A stretch of 39,778 nucleotides of DNA from assembly GCA_045645605.1 (NCBI GenBank), contig JAZRJC010000112.1, positions 1 to 39,778 on the forward strand, written 5' to 3'. Positions within the stretch are counted from its first letter, which is position 1. The number at the start of each line of letters is the position of its first letter. Below, one piece after another: positions 32,661 through 39,778 of the stretch. The stretch is from Eubacteriales bacterium (GTDB lineage Bacteria; Bacillota; Clostridia; Oscillospirales; CAG-272). The notes below the pieces were generated by a model. That model had not been told where the DNA came from, ran no database searches, and worked only from the letters and a program-made list of their open reading frames with translations. A program made the position numbers and the translations under genes.

Positions 32661-35600
32661 TTATTCCGAAATGTCTATATTTTCCGCGCTGATTGTTTTG
32701 TATTTTTCGAGAAGATCAAGGGTAAGGTCAAGCACCTTGTCGGTTTTTGTAAGCTTGTAGTTGAGATAAGGGTTGCTCGACATAACCATTTTGATTTTTC
32801 CGCCAAGGAGGGCGTTCACCTCCGACCAGACTGCCCAATCAAATTTTTGGGGGTGGAAATGAAGTTCGAGATTCTGCTGCTCTATTTTTGAGAAGCCGCA
32901 ATCCATGGCTTTTGCCCTGATAAGTGCGATGGAGAGAAGATTCGTAACAGCCCTTGGCGGCTCGCCGTATCTGTCGTAAAGCTCGTCGGTAATGTCCTCC
33001 ATGTCGCGCTCGTCGGAAATCATCGCGATTTTCTTATATAAATCCATTCTTTGCGTTGACGCGGACACGTATTTTTCCGAAATAAAGGCGTCAACCGTAA
33101 GATTGAGCAGACATTCGGGCTTTTTCGTGTCGGCAACGCCTTTTTCCTCGAGCACAGCCTCGTTCAGAAGCTTGATATAAAGGTCGTATCCGATAGCGTC
33201 AAGATGTCCGTGCTGTTCAGCACCCAAAAGATTACCCGCACCGCGTATCTCCATATCGCGAAGCGCGATTTTGAAGCCCGCGCCAAACTCGGCGTATTCA
33301 CGGATAGCCTCAAGTCGCTTGGTTGATATTTCTGTTATCGCACGGCCGCGCGGATAGGTGAAATAGGCGTACGCACGTCTTGACGAGCGACCGACGCGGC
33401 CTCTCAGCTGATGAAGCTGCGAAAGACCCAGACGGTGTGCGCTGTCAACGATAAGAGTGTTGGCATTTGGAATATCGATTCCCGTTTCGATAATAGTCGT
33501 GCTTACGAGAATGTCAATCTCGCCCGCGAGCATCTGCTCCCAGATATCCTCAAGCTCATCTCTCTCCATTCTGCCGTGTGCGACGGTGATTCTTGCCTCG
33601 GGAATTGCCCTTGAGAGAGACGCGGCAACTATTTTTATGCTGTCTATATTGTTGTGAAGATAGAAGACCTGACCGCCTCGCCGCATCTCGCGGCGGATAG
33701 CCTCCTCGATAATTATATCGTCGTGCTCAAGAACGTAGGTCTGAACGGGAAGTCTGTCTCCCGGAGCGTCGTCAAGAATAGAAATGTCGCGGATACCGCC
33801 CATCGCCATATTGAGAGTTCTGGGGATCGGCGTAGCGGTAAGGGTCAGCACGTCCACGTTTCCTGCTATCTGCTTCAGCTTTTCCTTTTGTGCAACGCCG
33901 AATCGTTGCTCCTCGTCGATTATAAGCAGTCCTAATTTTGCAAATTCAATGTCCTTTGAAACGAGGCGGTGCGTTCCTATAACTATGTCAACCTCGCCGC
34001 GCTTTAATTTTCGGAGGGTCAGCGCCTGCTGCTTCGGGGTTCTGAAGCGCGAGATAAGGTCGATTGAGACGGGGAAGGAACGGAATCGGCTGAGCGCCGT
34101 CTGATAATGCTGAAGTGCAAGGATTGTCGTCGGCACGAGAATTGCAACCTGACGTCCGCCAAGCACAGCCTTGAACGCCGCACGCAGAGCGACCTCTGTT
34201 TTGCCAAAGCCAACGTCTCCGCAAAGGAGTCTGTCCATAGGTGTGGAGCGCTCCATATCCGCCTTTATATCCTCGATGGCATCGAGCTGACTTGGTGTCT
34301 CCTCGTATTCAAATGCCACCTCGAAATCTCTTTGATAATCGTCGTCGGGCGGGAAGGCGATGCCGGGACGTCTCATTCGCTCGGCATAAAGCTTGATAAG
34401 CTCCTTCGCCATGTCCTTGACGGCAGCCTTTGCCTTTGATTTTGCTCTGCTCCATTCGCCGCCTCCGAATTTTGAGAGCTTGACAGTGCCGTCCTCGGCC
34501 TTTGCACCAATGTATTTTGAAACCATATCAAGTTGCTCGGTCGGCAAGAACAGCTTGTCACTGCCTGCATACTGAATACTTATATAGTCACGGGAAGCAC
34601 CCGATATCGTTATATTTTCAATGCCGAGATAAATGCCGATGCCATAGCTTTCGTGAACTACGTAATCGCCGACCGAAAGGTCGTTATAGGATAATATTTT
34701 TTGAGCGTTATTCTTCTTTTTTGCCTTTCTCGAGGCTGAATTTGACGCCCTCTGACTGCCTATTCTGCCGTCGGGATTGGTTGAGAGCACGGCTAATTTC
34801 GGAACGGGCAATTCATAGCCCTGAAGATAGCTCTTCCAATCTGCCAAAACGCTTCCGCGAGGCAGAGTGTCAGCGGTGTAATCGCCCTCGTTGACGGCGG
34901 TATAAACGGGAAAATCCTCGTCCGACAAAAGCTCTCGCAGATTCCTTGCCGCCGTTTCATTTTCGCACATTACAACCGTGCGGAAGCCTGCCTTCGCATA
35001 GCTCCGAAGGTCCTCACGGAGAAGGTCAAAGTTCTCGGTATAGGTAACCGTGTTTTTTGTTCTGAAGCCGAAAAGACCGCCAAGTCTCTTGCCCGAAACG
35101 CCGCCGGCAAAGGAATCGACGTGAAGGGTCACGTTGCTGTCACAAAACTGCTGAAAATAAGAGGTCGGCTTTGAGTATTCGCAGTATTTTCCCGAAACGG
35201 TGCCGCTTTCCATAAGCTCCTCAACGGTCTTGTTGGCGTACCACTCGGAGCTCTCAAGCCTGTCGCTTACCGCCGCCGTTCCTCTTATAAAAATCGGACT
35301 TCTTTGGCTGAAATAATCAAGAAGACAAACCTTTTCGGGATATATGAGAGAGATATATTTGTCGGCAAAATTAAGGTCGAGTCCGCCGTCAATGGCGCTG
35401 ATCTCAGATACCATTTCTGCCATTGCACGCTCATCGTGGCTTGTCTTGAACTGATTTGAAACGGCCTTTTTGATCTTCTCTCTTGCGTCCTTCGTTACGA
35501 TAATTTCACGGGCGGGGGGAAGATCGGCATATTCAATATTTTCTATTATTCTTTGAGATTCTATCTCAAAAACACCCATTCTGTCAATTTCGTCCCCGAA

Positions 35601-36251
35601 AAGCTCGATTCGAAGGGGGAGATTTTTGCCCGTTTCTCCGTCGAAGGATATATACCTTCCGTGAGGCGGGAAAATATCTATAATACCGCCGCGGACGGCA
35701 AACTGACCCGCACCGTCAACGAGCTCTGTGCGGACATATCCCGAGGCGACGAGCCTTGCAATAAAGTCGTCAAGCACAAGTGGCTTGCTTATATCAATTC
35801 GTATAGACGAGCTCTGCAGGAAGGCGGGGGGCATCGTATAGCCGAGTGCCGCATCGGGAGTCGTAACGACGGCGTCAAGCTCGCCGTAAAGCAGACCGTA
35901 AAGCACGTTAAGCCTCTCGTGCTCATACTCACGGGAGGCGGAAATATTATAAAATGTCAGGTCGCGCGCCATAAAGAAGCCGCATTTGAGACCGAATCGC
36001 TCAAGAAGAGCCTTTATTCTTACGGCCTCCTTCTCCTCGGGGCAGACGATGAGAGCAGAGCCGCCTCGCGCCTCTGAAAGATCCTCAAGCAAGGAGACCG
36101 AGAGCGCGTCAGCCGCCCCCTCGCAAAGACCGCTTGCAAGGATAGGCAAGGGCTCCCGTGCGGAGAACGCGTCAAACACACAGCGAAGAAGCTGGGGATA
36201 TTCGTTGTCCCGACGGATAAAATCCGAAAGGATACTGATGTTTTTCATCAA
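32661..36251 (-). CDS. mfd: Transcription-repair coupling factor Mfd
   Basis: A 1196-aa protein. The UvrB-homology N-terminal region, an RNAP-interacting domain (GDYVVHESYGIGIYLG) and a superfamily 2 helicase core (GDVGFGKTEVALRAA, DEEQRFG) are present, along with the TRG motif region and a C-terminal D7 domain. Confidence 0.97.
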   Translation of the reverse strand: MMKNISILSDFIRRDNEYPQLLRCVFDAFSAREPLPILASGLCEGAADALSVSLLEDLSEARGGSALIVCPEEKEAVRIKALLERFGLKCGFFMARDLTFYNISASREYEHERLNVLYGLLYGELDAVVTTPDAALGYTMPPAFLQSSSIRIDISKPLVLDDFIARLVASGYVRTELVDGAGQFAVRGGIIDIFPPHGRYISFDGETGKNLPLRIELFGDEIDRMGVFEIESQRIIENIEYADLPPAREIIVTKDAREKIKKAVSNQFKTSHDERAMAEMVSEISAIDGGLDLNFADKYISLIYPEKVCLLDYFSQRSPIFIRGTAAVSDRLESSEWYANKTVEELMESGTVSGKYCEYSKPTSYFQQFCDSNVTLHVDSFAGGVSGKRLGGLFGFRTKNTVTYTENFDLLREDLRSYAKAGFRTVVMCENETAARNLRELLSDEDFPVYTAVNEGDYTADTLPRGSVLADWKSYLQGYELPVPKLAVLSTNPDGRIGSQRASNSASRKAKKKNNAQKILSYNDLSVGDYVVHESYGIGIYLGIENITISGASRDYISIQYAGSDKLFLPTEQLDMVSKYIGAKAEDGTVKLSKFGGGEWSRAKSKAKAAVKDMAKELIKLYAERMRRPGIAFPPDDDYQRDFEVAFEYEETPSQLDAIEDIKADMERSTPMDRLLCGDVGFGKTEVALRAAFKAVLGGRQVAILVPTTILALQHYQTALSRFRSFPVSIDLISRFRTPKQQALTLRKLKRGEVDIVIGTHRLVSKDIEFAKLGLLIIDEEQRFGVAQKEKLKQIAGNVDVLTLTATPIPRTLNMAMGGIRDISILDDAPGDRLPVQTYVLEHDDIIIEEAIRREMRRGGQVFYLHNNIDSIKIVAASLSRAIPEARITVAHGRMERDELEDIWEQMLAGEIDILVSTTIIETGIDIPNANTLIVDSAHRLGLSQLHQLRGRVGRSSRRAYAYFTYPRGRAITEISTKRLEAIREYAEFGAGFKIALRDMEIRGAGNLLGAEQHGHLDAIGYDLYIKLLNEAVLEEKGVADTKKPECLLNLTVDAFISEKYVSASTQRMDLYKKIAMISDERDMEDITDELYDRYGEPPRAVTNLLSIALIRAKAMDCGFSKIEQQNLELHFHPQKFDWAVWSEVNALLGGKIKMVMSSNPYLNYKLTKTDKVLDLTLDLLEKYKTISAENIDISE

Positions 36252-36257
36252 ATTACC

Positions 36258-36896
36258 TCACGCATTTGCGGAATTACAAAGCTGCACGGCGGCGTCAAAA
36301 TTGTCGCCGAGAATTTTTGCCGTACCCTCGTATGCTACGTCGAAGAGAGAAAAAAGCTTTTCACGGTCATCCTTTGAAAATTCCGAGAGCACCCAATCTG
36401 CAAGGTCAAAATCGTGGTGCGGCTTTTCACCGACTCCGATCTTAATTCTCGGAAAGGCGTCGGATGAAAGATGCGCGATAATGCTCTTTATTCCGTTGTG
36501 ACCGCCGGCACTGCCGTTCCGTCTTACTCTCATTCGTCCGACGGGCAGGCTTATATCGTCGAAAATCACAAGGATATTTTCGGGCGGGATCTTATAGAAG
36601 CCCGCCGCCGCCGCAACAGCCTCTCCCGAATTATTCATAAAGGTCTGCGGCTTCATAAGTAAGACTCTTTTGCCGCCGATATTCGCCTCGGCACAAAGAG
36701 ATTTGTATTTAAGTCTGTCGATTTTTACGTTACACTTTTGCGCAAAATAGTCAAGGGTGAGAAATCCTGCGTTGTGACGCGTCAGAAAATACTTGTCCCC
36801 GGGATTTCCGAGCCCTACGATAAGATAAGAAACAGGCTCTGATGCCAAAGCGTCCTTTTTCTCAATTTTTTTGAACAAATCAAATATGTCTGCCAT
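36258..36896 (-). CDS. pth: Peptidyl-tRNA hydrolase
   Basis: Contains LIVGLGNPGDKYFLTRHNAGF and GGHNGIKS. The protein carries an N-terminal extension of about 24 aa relative to the usual MKLIVGLGNPG start. Confidence 0.93.
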   Translation of the reverse strand: MADIFDLFKKIEKKDALASEPVSYLIVGLGNPGDKYFLTRHNAGFLTLDYFAQKCNVKIDRLKYKSLCAEANIGGKRVLLMKPQTFMNNSGEAVAAAAGFYKIPPENILVIFDDISLPVGRMRVRRNGSAGGHNGIKSIIAHLSSDAFPRIKIGVGEKPHHDFDLADWVLSEFSKDDREKLFSLFDVAYEGTAKILGDNFDAAVQLCNSANA

Positions 36897-36929
36897 TTTT
36901 ACTCCATATAATACTCATTGTTATCCTAT

Positions 36930-36958
36930 ATTATAACCCGAAACGGGAAATATGTCAA
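36930..36958 (-). promoter_or_regulatory. Consensus sigma-A promoter for pth-mfd
   Basis: The minus strand reads TTGACA (36958..36953), a 17-nt spacer, then TATAAT (36935..36930), about 30 nt upstream of the pth ATG. Confidence 0.65.
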
Positions 36959-37019
36959 ACAAATTTTTGTCAATATTGCATATTTTTATGAAAAAAATTA
37001 CTATTTATCATAAAAACAC

Positions 37020-37049
37020 TTGACTTGATGCGGTTTTTTGTGTTATAAT
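37020..37049 (+). promoter_or_regulatory. Near-consensus sigma-A promoter for ppdK
   Basis: TTGACT (37020..37025), an 18-nt spacer, then TGT-TATAAT (extended -10; hexamer 37044..37049). This implies a 5' UTR of about 90 nt. Confidence 0.65.
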
Positions 37050-37147
37050 ATTAACCGTCGAAGTGGTTCGGGCTTTTTTGTTGCGCCCAAACTGCGAAAA
37101 ACCCACAACAGTCGAAAAAATAATATTATAAAATGGAGGAATTTCAA

Positions 37148-39772
37148 ATGGCAAACAAGTATTGCTATCTCTTCTCAGAAGGTAACGCAGACATGCGTGA
37201 GCTTCTCGGAGGAAAAGGTGCAAACCTTGCAGAAATGACAAAAATCGGTCTCCCCGTTCCCCAGGGCTTCACAATTACAACTGAGGCCTGCACACAGTAC
37301 TATGAGGACGGCAAGCAGATCAACCCCTCAATTATGGCTGAAATCGGCGAGTACATCGTAAAGATGGAAGAAATCACAGGCAAGAAGTTCGGCGACCTTG
37401 AGAACCCGCTTCTCGTTTCTGTTCGTTCAGGTGCTCGTGCATCAATGCCCGGTATGATGGATACAATCCTCAACCTCGGTCTTAACGAAGAGGTTGTTGA
37501 GGTTATCGCAAAGAAGTCGGGTAACGCTCGTTGGGCTTGGGACTGCTACAGAAGATTTATCCAGATGTATTCCGACGTAGTTATGGAAGTTGGTAAGAAG
37601 TACTTTGAAGAGCTTATCGACAAGATGAAGGAAGAAAAGGGCGTAACGTTCGACGTTGACCTTACAGCTGACGACCTTAAGGAGCTTGCATCTCAGTTCA
37701 AGGCTGAATATAAGGCAAAGATCGGCGCAGACTTCCCCTCAGACCCCAAGGAACAGCTTATGGGTGCTGTTAAGGCAGTGTTCCGTTCTTGGGATAACCC
37801 CCGTGCAAACGTTTACCGTCGTGATAACGATATTCCCTATTCTTGGGGTACAGCTGTTAATGTACAGTCAATGGCGTTCGGTAACATGGGTGACGATTGC
37901 GGTACAGGCGTTGCATTTACACGTGACCCTGCTACAGGCGAAAAGAAGCTTATGGGTGAGTTCCTTGTAAACGCACAGGGTGAGGACGTTGTTGCAGGTG
38001 TTCGTACACCTATGCCTATCGCTCAGATGGAGCAGAAGTTCCCTGAGGCATTCGCACAGTTCCAGGAGGTTTGCAAGACTCTTGAAAACCACTACCGCGA
38101 TATGCAGGATATGGAATTTACAGTTGAAAACAAGAAGCTTTATATGCTTCAGACACGTAACGGTAAGAGAACAGCTCAGGCTGCTCTTAAGATCGCTTGC
38201 GACCTCGTTGACGAGGGAATGAGAAGCGAGCAGGAAGCCGTTCTTATGATCGATCCCCGTAACCTTGACACACTTCTCCATCCTCAGTTCGATGCGAAGG
38301 CGCTCAAGGCTGCTACACCTCTCGGCAAGGGTCTTGGAGCATCTCCCGGAGCAGCTTGCGGTCAGGTTGTATTCACAGCTGACGATGCTGAGGCTTGGAA
38401 GGCACAGGGCAAGAAGGTTGTTCTTGTTCGTCTCGAGACATCACCTGAGGACATCACAGGTATGAAGGCATCTCAGGGTATCCTCACAGTTCGTGGCGGT
38501 ATGACATCTCACGCAGCGGTTGTTGCTCGTGGTATGGGTACTTGCTGTGTATCAGGTTGCGGCGACATCAAGATGGATGAAGAAAACAAGAAGTTCGAGC
38601 TTGCAGGCAGAACGTTCGTTGAGGGTGACGTAATCTCTATCGACGGTACAACAGGTAACATCTATGGAGAAGCTATCCCCACAGTTGACGCTCAGATCGC
38701 AGGTGAGTTCGGTCGTATTATGGCTTGGGCAGACAAGTATCGTAAGCTCAAGGTTAGAACAAACGCAGATACACCTAAGGACGCAAAGAAGGCTCGTGAG
38801 CTCGGCGCTGAGGGTATCGGTCTTTGCCGTACAGAGCACATGTTCTTCGAGGCTGACAGAATTGCAGCATTCCGTGAAATGATCTGCTCCGACACAGCTG
38901 AGGAAAGAGAAGTTGCTCTTGCAAAGATTCTTCCTTACCAGCAGGCAGACTTTGAGGCTCTTTACGAGGCTCTTGAGGGTTGCCCTGTATGTATCAGATT
39001 CCTTGACCCCCCGCTTCACGAATTCGTTCCCACAACAGAAGAGGATATCGCAGCTCTTGCAAAGGCACAGGGCAAGTCTGTTGAGGACATTAAGGCTATC
39101 ATCGCATCTCTCCACGAGTTCAATCCTATGATGGGTCACCGTGGATGCCGTCTTGCAGTAACATATCCTGAAATTGCAAAGATGCAGACAACAGCAGTTA
39201 TCCGTGCAGCTATCAACGTTCAGAAGAAGCACTCTGACTGGACAGTTAAGCCCGAGATCATGATTCCTCTCGTAGGCGACGTTAAGGAGCTTAAGTTCGT
39301 TAAGAAGGCTGTTGTTGAAACAGCTGACGCTGAAATCGCAGCTGCCGGCGTTAAGCTTGACTATGAGGTTGGTACAATGATCGAAATTCCTCGTGCTTGT
39401 CTCACAGCTGACGATATCGCTGCTAACGCAGACTTCTTCTGCTTCGGTACAAATGACCTTACTCAGATGACATACGGCTTCTCACGTGACGATGCAGGTA
39501 AGTTCTTGACAGCATACTATGACACAAAGATCTTCGAGAACGATCCTTTCGCAAGACTTGACCAGACCGGTGTTGGTAAGCTTATGAACATGGCAGTTAC
39601 ACTTGGTAGACCCGTTAACAAGGATCTCCACATTGGTATCTGCGGTGAGCACGGTGGTGACCCCACATCTGTTGAGTTCTGCCACAAGGTTGGCCTCGAC
39701 TATGTATCATGCTCTCCCTTCCGTGTTCCGATTGCACGCCTTGCAGCAGCACAGGCTGCAATTAAGGGTTAA
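37148..39772 (+). CDS. ppdK: Pyruvate, phosphate dikinase
   Basis: Begins MANKYCYLFSEGNADMRELLGGKGANLAEM. The catalytic His region is GGMTSHAAVVARGMG. The PEP/pyruvate domain contains GLCRTEHMF and FFCFGTNDLTQ. I chose the ATG at 37148, 7 nt after GGAGG, rather than the track start at 37133. Confidence 0.97.
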   Translation: MANKYCYLFSEGNADMRELLGGKGANLAEMTKIGLPVPQGFTITTEACTQYYEDGKQINPSIMAEIGEYIVKMEEITGKKFGDLENPLLVSVRSGARASMPGMMDTILNLGLNEEVVEVIAKKSGNARWAWDCYRRFIQMYSDVVMEVGKKYFEELIDKMKEEKGVTFDVDLTADDLKELASQFKAEYKAKIGADFPSDPKEQLMGAVKAVFRSWDNPRANVYRRDNDIPYSWGTAVNVQSMAFGNMGDDCGTGVAFTRDPATGEKKLMGEFLVNAQGEDVVAGVRTPMPIAQMEQKFPEAFAQFQEVCKTLENHYRDMQDMEFTVENKKLYMLQTRNGKRTAQAALKIACDLVDEGMRSEQEAVLMIDPRNLDTLLHPQFDAKALKAATPLGKGLGASPGAACGQVVFTADDAEAWKAQGKKVVLVRLETSPEDITGMKASQGILTVRGGMTSHAAVVARGMGTCCVSGCGDIKMDEENKKFELAGRTFVEGDVISIDGTTGNIYGEAIPTVDAQIAGEFGRIMAWADKYRKLKVRTNADTPKDAKKARELGAEGIGLCRTEHMFFEADRIAAFREMICSDTAEEREVALAKILPYQQADFEALYEALEGCPVCIRFLDPPLHEFVPTTEEDIAALAKAQGKSVEDIKAIIASLHEFNPMMGHRGCRLAVTYPEIAKMQTTAVIRAAINVQKKHSDWTVKPEIMIPLVGDVKELKFVKKAVVETADAEIAAAGVKLDYEVGTMIEIPRACLTADDIAANADFFCFGTNDLTQMTYGFSRDDAGKFLTAYYDTKIFENDPFARLDQTGVGKLMNMAVTLGRPVNKDLHIGICGEHGGDPTSVEFCHKVGLDYVSCSPFRVPIARLAAAQAAIKG

Positions 39773-39778
39773 TCTAAG

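Noticed and set aside
37008-37241. Two small ORFs (77 aa minus strand, 66 aa plus strand) in the pth/ppdK intergenic region
   Set aside because: They overlap the mapped promoter hexamers and the ppdK start. There is no RBS and no conservation signal I can see.
38552-39232. A 226-aa minus-strand ORF, and 37868..38281
   Set aside because: They lie antisense to ppdK. Their Cys/Leu-rich composition is typical of the reverse frame of a codon-biased gene.
1-39778. A search for CRISPR repeats, IS or transposon ends, integrases, phage genes, TA pairs and known defence-gene signatures
   Set aside because: None were found. I saw no direct-repeat arrays, no transposase or recombinase motifs, and no long unexplained non-coding stretches. 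The tRNA genes at the window start are not followed by an integrase or an att-like duplication within the window.

Overview
This 39.8 kb window reads as ordinary core chromosome from an anaerobic Firmicute, probably Clostridia-like. That placement is inferred from gene content: PFOR, PPDK, a rimP-nusA-ylxR-ylxQ-infB operon, and strong GGAGG-type ribosome-binding sites. I call 2 tRNAs (tRNA-Tyr truncated at the window edge, plus tRNA-Thr) and 32 protein-coding genes. In order these are: a phosphodiester-glycosidase-like protein, an orphan 545-aa membrane-anchored protein, a FolT-like ECF S component, pfkA, a Nudix hydrolase, infB, ylxQ, ylxR, nusA, rimP, asnA, an M24B Xaa-Pro aminopeptidase, a His/Cys-rich COG0523 GTPase, two half-size TauE/SafE (TSUP) permease genes, ftsK, a tmk-like kinase, a small RHH-like protein, PFOR (nifJ), mrdA, mreD, mreC, mreB, maf, dut, a long U32 family protein, zapA, nth, a PrsA-like lipoprotein, mfd, pth and ppdK. 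Several near-consensus sigma-A promoters and three bidirectional or intrinsic terminators are readable directly. I see no CRISPR array, transposase, integrase, phage gene, or recognisable toxin or defence module. Every intergenic gap is 260 nt or shorter and is explained by promoters or terminators. I therefore do not find convincing evidence of a wholly novel system here. The best leads are modest: (1) a COG0523 metallochaperone with a tandem-duplicated HHHH-DxEE-CHCH module directly upstream of an M24B aminopeptidase, a possible chaperone-client pair; (2) a two-gene split TSUP permease next to it; (3) an orphan repeat-containing surface protein co-transcribed with a glycosidase and a FolT-like gene; (4) a zapA-U32 gene pair with a 1-nt TAATG overlap, the U32 protein carrying a complete CX6CX15CX3C motif; (5) a Nudix gene coupled to the 3' end of infB. 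All product calls come from motif recognition by eye. No database search was run.
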